Source: Planctomycetia bacterium TMED53
GTDB taxonomy: Bacteria; Planctomycetota; UBA8108; UBA1146
Length of the DNA stretch: 64,000 bases
Direction of reading: 5' to 3'
NCBI GenBank assembly: GCA_002167285.1
Contig: NHDG01000067.1
Coordinates: 22,093-86,092, forward strand
The position numbers and the translations under genes were made by a program. The first letter of the stretch is position 1; every line of letters starts with the position of its first letter. The notes under the pieces are model-generated. The model saw nothing but the letters and a program-made list of their open reading frames with translations. It was not told the origin of the DNA and did not search any database. Positions 1 to 9,141 of this stretch are shown piece after piece.

Positions 1-24
1 AGAGCTTGCTGAAAGTCGCCTGCA

Positions 25-324
25 TTACTGGCCGCTTGCGTTCTTGATGAAACCGATGATGTCGGACTGGATCAGGAAGCAGATCACGGCTGCAAAGAGA
101 GCCACACCCTCGACGAATGCTGCGGTCAGAATCATGTTTGCACGGATATCACCGGCAGCTTCCGGGTTACGGGCAATTCCCTCCATGGCAGAACCGGCAA
201 GACGACCGATACCGATACCGGCGCCGACCGCTGCGAGTCCGGCACCGATGCCAGCACCGAGAATGCCGTAGTTGAGAATGGAGCTGTCGACAGCCGCAAG
301 GGCGATGAAACTCAGAATTTCCAT
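25..324 (-). CDS. atpE: F0F1 ATP synthase subunit c (proteolipid)
   Basis: 99-aa two-helix hydrophobic hairpin. Helix 1 is Gly/Ala-rich (GILGAGIGAGLAAVGAGIGIG), there is a polar loop (ARNPEA), and helix 2 carries the conserved carboxylate (FVEGVALFAAV). It sits directly downstream of atpB. ATG at 324 has an AGGAAA-type SD. Confidence 0.9.
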   Translation of the reverse strand: MEILSFIALAAVDSSILNYGILGAGIGAGLAAVGAGIGIGRLAGSAMEGIARNPEAAGDIRANMILTAAFVEGVALFAAVICFLIQSDIIGFIKNASGQ

Positions 325-405
325 GGTTTCCTTTCTTGATCACCCTCCGGGTGATCCACGAATCACTTCCCTGTGAAACGCGTTGATTGATTTATTAAGG
401 TCTTC

Positions 406-1203
406 CTAGTGCTCCGGATGCAGAGCCGCTCCCAGGAAAACGGTAGTCAAATTCGTAAAAATGAACGCCTGAATCATGGCGACCAAAAGTTCAAGGAATG
501 TCAGGGCGACAGCTCCCGTCGCAGAGATGAGCGAAATAGCTCCCCCCGCCAAGAGATTGTCGAGAGTCGCCACCGCAGTGCCTGACATGATGACTGCGAG
601 GAGGATATGCCCCCCCATCATGTTGGCGAAGAGTCGAATCGCCAAAGCAGCAGGCTTAATGATGTGACCTGCCAGCTCGATGATGATCATCATTGGCCAG
701 AGCGGCGCAGGGCCGACGAGAAGGTTGTCTTTCCAATAGGAGACAACCCCATTTTGCTTCATGCCAAAGAAGTGGTACGTCACAAAGGCGATCCCCGCCA
801 AGGCGACTGTCACACTAATGTTTCCTGTAGCCGTCGCTGAAAAGGGAATCAGTCCGAGCAAGTTACAAGTGATGATGAAGAAAAAGTATGTCCACAGAAG
901 TGGCAGGAAACGATAGGTGTCGTCTCCCAGGCTTGGCTTCACCATGTCGTCACGAAGAAAGACCAGCATCGCTTCAAGTAAACTGGAAAGGGTGCCCTTT
1001 GACTCGCCGGTTTCAATCTGGCGAGCGAGCCTCTTTGCGACCCGACTGAAGAGGAAGACGCAGATGGCGGTAGCGATCAGCATCATCATCACGTGCTTCG
1101 TCAGCCCGATCTCATCGAGGAAGGGATGAAGAGACTTGTCGAGCACGTGGCTGAGTGGATCGCCTGCAGCAAAAAACAGCATCCCGGACCTTTCTGATCG
1201 CAA
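406..1203 (-). CDS. atpB: F0F1 ATP synthase subunit a
   Basis: Polytopic membrane protein with the a-subunit C-terminal signature (AIRLFANMMGGH with the essential Arg, then LxxxxQAFIFTxL). The frame opens with TTG at 1203. An in-frame ATG at 1182 preceded by AAAGG is an alternative start. Confidence 0.88.
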   Translation of the reverse strand: MRSERSGMLFFAAGDPLSHVLDKSLHPFLDEIGLTKHVMMMLIATAICVFLFSRVAKRLARQIETGESKGTLSSLLEAMLVFLRDDMVKPSLGDDTYRFLPLLWTYFFFIITCNLLGLIPFSATATGNISVTVALAGIAFVTYHFFGMKQNGVVSYWKDNLLVGPAPLWPMMIIIELAGHIIKPAALAIRLFANMMGGHILLAVIMSGTAVATLDNLLAGGAISLISATGAVALTFLELLVAMIQAFIFTNLTTVFLGAALHPEH

Positions 1204-1232
1204 CCTGTTCAGTACTCACTTCGAGAGTAAAT

Positions 1233-1700
1233 TCACTCCGGCTGCGAATCGGTTTCCTGTGTCAGCTCCGGCGCAGCGGCCGAAGTCTCTTTCCGATTCA
1301 AGACCGTTTCCTCCCGCAGGTACTGCTGCAAAGAGAAAATCTCGACTCCCAAGACCACGAGGTAAAAACAAACCGCCGCGATCAAGGTTCGGCCACCGGT
1401 CTCACGGCCGAAGTATTGAAACACCGGTACCTGACTCACCGCCAAGACCAATGCTCGCAATCCCATCCCCCAAAAAACCTTGCCGATCGCCCGATCCGCT
1501 TCAGCGCGGAGGACTGCCAGAAGGTTGCGTATCCCGAGCACCCCCAACAGGGTGGCCACCCCCATCCCGTATCCGAGGATGGAAAGCGTGTCTTCTCCCC
1601 AAAGGGTTGAGACAGGCTGATACGCCAGGGCTCCGAGGATCAACAGTAAGCCCACGGTCCGCAGCAGAAATCTCAGCGTCAATCGCGAGAGTCCGCTCAA
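1233..1700 (-). CDS. atpI: ATP synthase protein I (AtpI-like membrane protein)
   Basis: 155-aa hydrophobic protein with 4 predicted TM segments, immediately upstream of atpB on the same strand. TTG start at 1700 is preceded by GGAGG with a 5-nt spacer. Confidence 0.55.
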   Translation of the reverse strand: MSGLSRLTLRFLLRTVGLLLILGALAYQPVSTLWGEDTLSILGYGMGVATLLGVLGIRNLLAVLRAEADRAIGKVFWGMGLRALVLAVSQVPVFQYFGRETGGRTLIAAVCFYLVVLGVEIFSLQQYLREETVLNRKETSAAAPELTQETDSQPE

Positions 1701-1755
1701 GAGAACCTCCGGTGATCCGTATCTCGAACTCGCTACACTTTGAATCCCACCAGAC

Positions 1756-1899
1756 TCATGCCTTTGGGGAATCTCTCAGGGCCCGAACGATGAGAGCGAT
1801 GAAGCCGAATAGGCAACCGCCCAAGATACCCCAGGGACCCGTGTCAAACTTGTCGTCGATCCAGTGGCCCACCGCTGCGAAGATCACAAAGGTAAGCAT
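1756..1899 (-). CDS. AtpZ/AtpR-like small F0F1-ATPase-associated membrane protein (PF09527-like)
   Basis: This 47-codon ORF is absent from the ORF track because it is shorter than 60 aa. Its sequence is MLTFVIFAAVGHWIDDKFDTGPWGILGGCLFGFIALIVRAL. It has two TM helices and the GHWxDxKxxTxPW motif typical of AtpZ proteins encoded first in atp operons. The open frame extends further upstream without a canonical start, so the N-terminus is uncertain. Confidence 0.45.
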   Translation of the reverse strand: MLTFVIFAAVGHWIDDKFDTGPWGILGGCLFGFIALIVRALRDSPKA

Positions 1900-2158
1900 C
1901 AGTTGCCAACCTAGTGAACTCCAACTCGCGGATTTGGCCAGAGCCCTGCCGGACTCCTTCTCTTCACTTTCATGAAGACCATCACCACCGTGTGGATCGT
2001 CACTCTTCTCCTCTGAAATCTGGCCCTCCTCGTTTCAACGGGACTGCACAACCAGAGGACGAAACGCTTCCACAAACGGGCTTATGACCCATCAAAAACC
2101 CATTACTGAATCCGACTTTGGTAAGACTGAATCCAAGTGGATACGTTCACGTGTGGTG

Positions 2159-2188
2159 AGGATAGACGACCGTGACAATTGGGGTCAA
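2159..2188 (-). promoter_or_regulatory. Candidate sigma70-type promoter for the atp operon (-35 TTGACC, 18-bp spacer, -10 TATCCT)
   Basis: Reading the minus strand: cgcTTGACCccaattgtcacggtcgtcTATCCTcacc. It lies upstream of the atpZ-like ORF and downstream of the convergent 987-aa TPR gene. This is a pattern match only. Confidence 0.25.
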
Positions 2189-2260
2189 GCGAATCAAAAT
2201 ACCGCCTGAAAATGGCCCTCAACGAGTGCGACAAAAGGGTCCGGAACCAGCCTTTATTCG

Positions 2261-5104
2261 CTATTCGTCGGCAAGGGCATCGACCACCTGCTGGGCCCTG
2301 ACCGAAGCAGGATCGAGCATCAGGGCACGCCTGGCCCACTTGAGCGCATCCTCGTCTTCTCCCAGCTTCCACAGCACCCAACAGAGATCCGGGTAAATCT
2401 CGGCCATCTGCGGACTTTCCATCGCCAATCGCAGTTCCAGCTCTCTCTTCGCGTTGGCCCAATCCTCCAACTCGAGATAGGCCTTGGCGAGTGCGGCATG
2501 CCCTTCATCTCCATAGGGAGTGATGTAGGGAAGATCCCATGCGGCATCGACCACCCCTTGCCAATCTTCAGCTTTCTCCAAACTGAGAGCCAAAGCCAAG
2601 CGGGTCGAGGCGTCATCTCTGTCGTAAAGAATTTGCGAGCGATAACTATCGAGCGATTCAGATCTCATATCCAAATCCTTCTGTATCGTCGCAAGTTGCA
2701 ACCAGGGGCTTCCCGCTGAAACAGGGGAAACGGTTGCGGTTGGAGCTTGAACTGTAGCTTCTTCCAGGAGTGTCAAAGCATCGCGAGTGTCGCCGCGTTT
2801 GCGCAGTTGATCCGCCTTCAACAAACGACATCTCCAACTCCAGATGGAATCTCCGGCGATCGCCTGATCGAGGGATTTCAGCGCCTTATCGACGAGCCCT
2901 TCGTTGAGTTGAATCAGTGCTTTGACCGCAGCAAGATCGGGATGATCAGCGTTCAGTGCTTCCGCTTTACCGATCGACAACTCCGCATCGGCGGTTCGCT
3001 TCTCTGCCAAGTATGCAGCAGCCAACCAAATCCAATGGCGCGCCACTTCCGGCTCATCCTCGGTTCGCTCTCGCAAAGCATCAATGTGCCGCCCGGCAAA
3101 GGTCGGGCCGACCCCTGCGCTCTTAACTCGATTCGACAACCACTTGTTGAAATCCCGATCGAACTCATCGGTAGTTGAACCAAGGACATCCCGAATCACT
3201 GCACGGGTGTTCGCTCCCTCTGCGTATGCAGAGAGCATCTTGCGGAAGGATTCGATGCCGTGCTTCTCATGGATCATTTCGCAAATCAGCCCCCCCTGAA
3301 CGTATCCGACCATGATCTCACCGGGCCAACTGGGGTTCATAAAAGACTTTTGCAAATCGTCGATAGGACGCAAAGCTCCGGCATAAAACTCGGTAGCGAC
3401 CAGCAGCGGCTCATGGCGTTTCCAGCGCGGAGTCTTGCGCCCTTCTTCGAAGACGGAGAGTCCTTCACCAAACCACCGTGGAATCCGATGGCGTGCCCGC
3501 TGCAAGGTGACGACGTGGGCCAACTCATGGACCGCAACCGCACCCCAGTTTCCGGGTAATGCATTCGGCGTCGTCAATGTCACCAGGCGGCCGAAGCAAA
3601 CTCCACTGGCGGCCAGCCCCGGAAGACCGATGGATCTCGCCGAGAAATAAGCATGATTGGAGAAGTCTTCGATGGTCAGAGGGCGATAAACCTGAATCTG
3701 ATAATCTTCTTCCAGATCTTTTCGAGCCTCTTTCATCAATGGCATCAAATAAGGCATGAGAAATGGACCTTCATCCGACTTCATGCGAATCACAAGGCCG
3801 TCATCCTCGCGGGTAACGAAGTTGTCTTCGATGTGCTTCATCAGCGTTCGGGTATTTTTCACCCAAACATTAAAGCGATCCTTGTTCCATGCCTCCTCAA
3901 GTACTTCCTTGCCCCGTTCCTCGAGTCCACTGCGTAAAGCATTGATGGAAAAGATGGCATAGGATTTCGGCAATCCGGGATCGAGCTCCATCGCCTTCAG
4001 AGCAAACTCTGCCGACTCACGGTAAAAGAAGCGATCAACCAGTCGCTCCGCCAAAGTCACGTAAAAGAGTGCAGGTGCAGGATGCCCCTCCTCGACTTGC
4101 TGACGCAGCTCCTCATATTCTTTTAATCGGGCAGTCGCATAGAGAAGACTCGCTAATAAACCCTGGGCCACTTGGTGCTTTGGCTGAACCGCCAAAACCT
4201 TCCGATAGCACTCTTCTGCGCGCGCCCATTTTTCACTGGAAAAGGCGATATCCCCCTCGAGAAGCCATCTTTCGGGGTGATCTGGCCATATCCGTCCTGC
4301 TTGAGACAGCAGCTTCCTGACCTCCTCGCCCCGCTCACCGGGAAAGGCATAATCGGTCCAGGTCGCCCTCGCCAAACCGAGGAGAGCTTCGGCGTTCTGC
4401 GGATTGCGCTCGACGGCATCGCGGAAGTGACTGCGAGCATCAGGATAGTTGTACTTGGAGTAGAGTGCATGACCACTCGCTGTATGAGCCGCGACCGATT
4501 TGGGATCGAGGTACAAGGCACTGTCGTACATCACTTCGTAAGCATCACGAAATCTCTGCAAACCTTCACAAGCTTTACCAAACCAGACGAAAAGTTCTGG
4601 CGGAGATTTCTGCGCCTGCTCCCGTGGCATGTCTTTGTAAATTTGCACGACCTTGCGCAACAGCGTTTCGCCTTCACCCCGTTGGCCAACATCGATGAGA
4701 TACAATCCCAACTGTGTCAGCGCCTCCACGTGCTCGGGGTCCAACTCTATCGCTTTACGAAGTGAGGCTTCTCCGTCTTCGTAGCGACCTGTTTCAATTT
4801 GGATCCCGCCCAATGCTGCAAGGAGATGAGCATCGGCCCCCTCCTCCTCCTTCGCCTTCTCTAGAGCGGCGACTGCTTCTGAAAGTCTTCCATTTTCCCG
4901 GTAGACTCTCGCTTCCAATAATGGGAACTCCCCCGGTTCTTCCTCTACCCAATCGATCGCTTCCTGGTAATCCCCAGTCTCGATGAGCAAGAGAAGCTCA
5001 CGGGCATCTTCGTCGTAGGACTGGGCATGCGCAAAGGAGACCAGTAGTACTGGCCCACAGAGTATCAACAGCGAACAAACAAACCTGATGAGTAGTAATG
5101 GCAT
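2261..5104 (-). CDS. Secreted TPR-repeat protein with embedded MA-clan zinc metallopeptidase domain (HELAH ... EG..E)
   Basis: The signal peptide is MPLLLIRFVCSLLILCGPVLLVSFAHAQ. The in-frame ATG at 5104 is preferred over the track start at 5224. There are multiple TPR-like helical repeats and a central VAVHELAHVV ... WFGEGLSVFEEG motif resembling Peptidase_MA_2. Confidence 0.7.
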   Translation of the reverse strand: MPLLLIRFVCSLLILCGPVLLVSFAHAQSYDEDARELLLLIETGDYQEAIDWVEEEPGEFPLLEARVYRENGRLSEAVAALEKAKEEEGADAHLLAALGGIQIETGRYEDGEASLRKAIELDPEHVEALTQLGLYLIDVGQRGEGETLLRKVVQIYKDMPREQAQKSPPELFVWFGKACEGLQRFRDAYEVMYDSALYLDPKSVAAHTASGHALYSKYNYPDARSHFRDAVERNPQNAEALLGLARATWTDYAFPGERGEEVRKLLSQAGRIWPDHPERWLLEGDIAFSSEKWARAEECYRKVLAVQPKHQVAQGLLASLLYATARLKEYEELRQQVEEGHPAPALFYVTLAERLVDRFFYRESAEFALKAMELDPGLPKSYAIFSINALRSGLEERGKEVLEEAWNKDRFNVWVKNTRTLMKHIEDNFVTREDDGLVIRMKSDEGPFLMPYLMPLMKEARKDLEEDYQIQVYRPLTIEDFSNHAYFSARSIGLPGLAASGVCFGRLVTLTTPNALPGNWGAVAVHELAHVVTLQRARHRIPRWFGEGLSVFEEGRKTPRWKRHEPLLVATEFYAGALRPIDDLQKSFMNPSWPGEIMVGYVQGGLICEMIHEKHGIESFRKMLSAYAEGANTRAVIRDVLGSTTDEFDRDFNKWLSNRVKSAGVGPTFAGRHIDALRERTEDEPEVARHWIWLAAAYLAEKRTADAELSIGKAEALNADHPDLAAVKALIQLNEGLVDKALKSLDQAIAGDSIWSWRCRLLKADQLRKRGDTRDALTLLEEATVQAPTATVSPVSAGSPWLQLATIQKDLDMRSESLDSYRSQILYDRDDASTRLALALSLEKAEDWQGVVDAAWDLPYITPYGDEGHAALAKAYLELEDWANAKRELELRLAMESPQMAEIYPDLCWVLWKLGEDEDALKWARRALMLDPASVRAQQVVDALADE

Positions 5105-5337
5105 CGTCGACTCCGCCTCACACTTGAGAACTCTGCGGGTGCATCTTCGGCGATCATTTGGTGAAAGCCGTTTTGCGGCATCATACACGAGAAGGCCCCT
5201 GGAGGCATTTAATGCCCGAATCACGCAACATCTCCCTGGTCGGTTCGGCTCTGATTTGTCGGGTTTAGCCTGACCATCCTATTCTCCTTTAGCAGGCTCA
5301 GTGCCTGATTTTGTAACCCAGGGAGGGAGTCCCGCTC

Positions 5338-7788
5338 TTGGCCGTCAAATTCACCGAGAAAGCCGAAAAGGTCCTGCAGTTGGCAGGGAATGAGGCCCGC
5401 CGCCTCGGTCATGGCTACATCGGTACCGAACACATCCTATGGGCGTTGTTGCACCAACCGGATTCTGTCGCAGTACAGGCGATCCAGAAGTGCGACCGCA
5501 CCACTGATGAGCTACTTCGTTCACTGCGAAGCAGCCTTGATCGAATTCCTTCCAGCAAAGGGAAGCATTTCGAAGAGACCCCGTATACGCCTCATGCAAA
5601 GCGGTGTCTCGAGCTCGCTCGCGAGCAAGCGGTCTTCCTCGATCAGTACTACATCGGCACTGAACATCTGCTGATCGGACTGAGTCAGGAAGAAGAAGGG
5701 GAAGCATCGAGAATCTTGGCAGAACGAGATCTCGGCAAAGACAGACTTCAAAACGTCATTCAGAGAATGCTTGGAGGAGATGTGGATAGTTCACAGGGAG
5801 CAGCTGTCAAAAGATCTGGAATCGCAACACCGACTCTGGATTCCAATGGTGTCGATCTCACGGCCATCGCGGCTCAAAATCGACTCGACCCTGTCATCGG
5901 TCGTCACAAAGAGATCGACCGAATCATCCAGATTCTCTCTCGTAAGACGAAGAACAACCCTGTCGTGATGGGTGAACCGGGTGTAGGAAAGACTGCGATC
6001 GTCGAGGGCCTCGCCCAACGTATCGCACAGAGTGCGGTTCCCGAGGTTCTCTCGCGCAAAAGGGTCGTGTCCCTCGATCTCGCCTCCCTTCTCGCAGGTA
6101 CCAAGTACCGCGGTGAGTTTGAGAAACGCATCAAGGCCATCATCAAGGAGATCTCCGAGTCGGGAAATGTGATCCTCTTCGTCGATGAGCTTCACACCAT
6201 CATGGGTGCGGGAGCCTCCGAATCGAGCCTCGATGCTTCCAACATTCTGAAGCCCGCACTCTCCAGAGGTGAAATCCAGTGTATTGGAGCCACCACCCTG
6301 GATGAGTACCGCAAGCACATTGAAAAAGACGGCGCAATGGAACGTCGCTTCCAGCCGATCATCGTCGATCCCCCAAGTAGGGATGACGCCCTGGAGATCC
6401 TCTTCGGTCTTCGCGATACCTTCGAAGCACATCATCGAGTACAGATCACCGATGAGGCTCTCGAAGCGAGTGTCGATCTTTCGATCCGCTACATCTCCAA
6501 CAGGTTCCTGCCCGATAAAGCCATCGACGTTCTCGATGAGGCTTGCTCGTGCGAACGCTTGCAGCGCACGACTCGTCCCCCCGATCTCACCGAGATCGAG
6601 GAGGAGATCGATCAGCTGCAACAAGACAAAAACGAAGCTGTCTTCTCACAAGACTTCGAACTTGCCGCACAGATCCGGGACAACCTGGAGAGCCGTAAGA
6701 ACTACAAGGAGCAAATCATCTTCGAATGGAAGGCCAGCTCCAAGGAAGTCGATGGACAAGTCGACGACGATAGCATCGCCCGCACCGTCGCTGAGATGAC
6801 TGGGGTTCCCATCCAGAATCTTCAGGAAGAAGAAGCTAAACGTCTGCGCAAGATGGAAGAGACCCTCCACGAAGATGTGGTCAGTCAGGATCATGCGGTC
6901 CACTCCATCAGCCGTGCGACCCGCAGGGCTCGCGCGGGTCTTCGCGATCCTCAGCGTCCTATGGGCTCCTTTGTCTTCGTCGGTCCAACCGGTGTCGGTA
7001 AGACCCTCGTCGCGAAATCTCTCGCGAAATTCCTCTTCGGTACAGAAGACGCCATCCTCAGCATCGATATGTCCGAGTACGCCGAGAAGCACTCGATCAG
7101 CCGACTGATCGGTTCACCTCCCGGCTACGTCGGATACGACGAGGGTGGATTACTCACCGAAAAAGTACGCCGCAAGCCATACATGGTCGTGCTCTTCGAT
7201 GAGATTGAAAAAGCACACACCGACATTACCAATACTCTGCTGCAAGTTCTCGAAGAAGGCCGTTTGACCGATGCCTTTGGTCGGAAAGTTGACTTCAAGA
7301 ACACCATCGTGATCTTTACCTCCAACCTGGGAGTTCGCGAAGCAGAGAGTAAATCCTCCCTCGGCTTCACTGAGGCAGAGGGCGAAGGAAATGAAGCTTC
7401 GCGTAAAGCTGTCCTCGAAGCGGTGAGAACCTACTTCCGCCCAGAGTTCCTTAACCGCGTCGACGAAGTAGTGGTCTTCGACGAACTAAATGACGCTGAT
7501 CTCACAGAGATCCTCGATCTTGAAGTCTCGAAGCTGGAATCTCGCATTGCCGATCTCGATTTGAAAATCCAGATCGATGAAACAGCCAAGTCCTACTTGG
7601 TCGCCGAAAGTTCGGGCCCTTCCACAGGAGCTCGTGGCCTTCGCCGCACCCTGGAAGACAAATTACAAGATCGCATTGCCGATCTGATCATCGATGGCAA
7701 TCTCACGCGAGGTGGAATCGTCCATGTGTCACTCGACGAAGATGGCGTCATCGCTGTCAATGTCGAGGCCACCAACGAAGTTCAGTAG
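5338..7788 (+). CDS. clpC: ATP-dependent Clp protease ATP-binding subunit ClpC (class I AAA+ with double Clp_N)
   Basis: N-terminal Clp_N repeats ([15 protein letters not shown] / [12 protein letters not shown]). There are two AAA+ modules, with Walker A GEPGVGKT and VGPTGVGKT. The ClpB/C signature and a C-terminal D2-small domain are present. TTG start with GGGAGGGAG SD. Confidence 0.9.
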   Translation: MAVKFTEKAEKVLQLAGNEARRLGHGYIGTEHILWALLHQPDSVAVQAIQKCDRTTDELLRSLRSSLDRIPSSKGKHFEETPYTPHAKRCLELAREQAVFLDQYYIGTEHLLIGLSQEEEGEASRILAERDLGKDRLQNVIQRMLGGDVDSSQGAAVKRSGIATPTLDSNGVDLTAIAAQNRLDPVIGRHKEIDRIIQILSRKTKNNPVVMGEPGVGKTAIVEGLAQRIAQSAVPEVLSRKRVVSLDLASLLAGTKYRGEFEKRIKAIIKEISESGNVILFVDELHTIMGAGASESSLDASNILKPALSRGEIQCIGATTLDEYRKHIEKDGAMERRFQPIIVDPPSRDDALEILFGLRDTFEAHHRVQITDEALEASVDLSIRYISNRFLPDKAIDVLDEACSCERLQRTTRPPDLTEIEEEIDQLQQDKNEAVFSQDFELAAQIRDNLESRKNYKEQIIFEWKASSKEVDGQVDDDSIARTVAEMTGVPIQNLQEEEAKRLRKMEETLHEDVVSQDHAVHSISRATRRARAGLRDPQRPMGSFVFVGPTGVGKTLVAKSLAKFLFGTEDAILSIDMSEYAEKHSISRLIGSPPGYVGYDEGGLLTEKVRRKPYMVVLFDEIEKAHTDITNTLLQVLEEGRLTDAFGRKVDFKNTIVIFTSNLGVREAESKSSLGFTEAEGEGNEASRKAVLEAVRTYFRPEFLNRVDEVVVFDELNDADLTEILDLEVSKLESRIADLDLKIQIDETAKSYLVAESSGPSTGARGLRRTLEDKLQDRIADLIIDGNLTRGGIVHVSLDEDGVIAVNVEATNEVQ

Positions 7789-7826
7789 AGATACCCTTTG
7801 TAAATAAAATGCTGATTCGGCATCAT

Positions 7827-7860
7827 CCGTGGTCACCCGTTGGGTGGCCACGGATTTTTT
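7827..7860 (+). terminator. Rho-independent terminator of clpC
   Basis: About 11-bp GC-rich stem (ccgtggtcacc / ggtggccacgg) with a short loop, followed by a T6 run (ggatttttt). It sits 39 nt after the clpC stop. Confidence 0.5.
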
Positions 7861-7873
7861 GAAGGGAAGAGTC

Positions 7874-8185
7874 ATGCAAGACTGCCCACATTGTGGTGCC
7901 GAAGTCGCCGAGGGTCGCCTCGCCTGTCGCGAATGCGGGAGTGATTTCGATACCGGTTGGGGAGATCCCTCCGAAATCGATTATCAATCTGTGGATTTGG
8001 GTGAAGGTTTCACCGAAGAAGAGAAGGTGCGGCAAAAGAGTTATCAGAGATTGATCGCATCGATCTTGATCGCCGGATTACCGGTCGGGTTGGTGTTTTG
8101 GTTCCTTCCAACTCAAAAAGCGTTGGGGATGGGTGTAGTGATTCTCATCATCCTCGGAGTGGTCTTCTCTAAACGGGAATATTAA
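7874..8185 (+). CDS. Zinc-ribbon domain membrane protein
   Basis: CPHCG ... CRECG double CxxC zinc ribbon followed by a C-terminal TM segment. The track ORF start (7829) overlaps the clpC terminator hairpin, so the internal ATG at 7874 (MQDCPHCG) is preferred. Confidence 0.5.
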   Translation: MQDCPHCGAEVAEGRLACRECGSDFDTGWGDPSEIDYQSVDLGEGFTEEEKVRQKSYQRLIASILIAGLPVGLVFWFLPTQKALGMGVVILIILGVVFSKREY

Positions 8186-8196
8186 GAAGCACCGCT

Positions 8197-9141
8197 TCAC
8201 CCCGTAGCGTCTTTATCCTTTGCCACTTCGGATTCACTCTTCCAAGCGACTGCCATAATCCCTGCGATCACCATGGGGCCACCAATCCAAAAGGAACTAG
8301 GCGGTGCTTCCTGGATGAAGAGCCATACCAGTAGAGGCGCACCAGCCATCTCACCCAAATACGTGGTCGAAACCACTGTCGGCGGCAGTCTCTTGAGAGC
8401 TGCATTTAAAGGGGTGTGCCCCAGTAACGTTGGAAACAAAGCCAACAATCCAGCAAATCCCCAACCTGTCGGAGTCTGTGGTAGTACACGCCCCCCCATC
8501 ACCAACAACCACATCAATAACCCTATCGCCGCAACGGAGTATGCCCTTGAAGCGTAGGTCACGGTTGACATCACTTGCGTTGCTTTTCGCCCTGCCAACA
8601 GATAACCGACGAATGCAAGAGACCCGATTACCGAGAGTAGCATTCCCCATAATTTCTGATCAGCGACCGACGGATCGCTCTCTTCTTCGGCAAAGAATGC
8701 GAGCACTGTCGTTCCTGCCAGTGTCAGAATCACGCCTCCAATTTTGGCCCACTGAAATGGAGCACTCCCCCGCGCCACTTCGATGGCATAGATGATGACA
8801 GGGTGGAGATAGACGAGAACGACAGAGGTCGCCACCGAGAGATAAGCCAAGGAAGCCATCCATGCGCCAAAGTGAAGTGCCAAGGAGGCTCCTGCGATGA
8901 TCACAGCCCAGCCACATTGCTGTAGCGGTACCTTTTCTTGGTTTTTTTCCATTCTTGCCAAGATCACCAAAACAGGAATCGCGAGAGCGAGGCGTAAGAA
9001 TGCCAATTGAACTTCGTCCATCACGGAAGTATCAGTGGCCAGGCGAATCCACAACGTTGAAGTTGAGATTCCGAGAATCCCCACCACCAGAAGCAACCAA
9101 GTTTTAACGGTGCGATTCAATGGGCAGATCCTTGGTGCCAT
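8197..9141 (-). CDS. EamA/DMT-family transporter
   Basis: 10-TM protein with two EamA-like halves. It is the last gene of the long minus-strand catabolic block. Confidence 0.75.
   Translation of the reverse strand: MAPRICPLNRTVKTWLLLVVGILGISTSTLWIRLATDTSVMDEVQLAFLRLALAIPVLVILARMEKNQEKVPLQQCGWAVIIAGASLALHFGAWMASLAYLSVATSVVLVYLHPVIIYAIEVARGSAPFQWAKIGGVILTLAGTTVLAFFAEEESDPSVADQKLWGMLLSVIGSLAFVGYLLAGRKATQVMSTVTYASRAYSVAAIGLLMWLLVMGGRVLPQTPTGWGFAGLLALFPTLLGHTPLNAALKRLPPTVVSTTYLGEMAGAPLLVWLFIQEAPPSSFWIGGPMVIAGIMAVAWKSESEVAKDKDATG

Noticed and set aside
1136-1975. 279-aa plus-strand ORF rich in Pro/Arg/Ser
   Set aside because: It is antisense to atpI and the atpZ-like gene. It has the low-complexity composition typical of GC-rich antisense frames and no motif.
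4172-4765. 197-aa plus-strand ORF
   Set aside because: It is antisense to the TPR/peptidase gene.
5791-6624. 277-aa minus-strand ORF inside clpC
   Set aside because: It is an antisense shadow of a strongly supported AAA+ gene.
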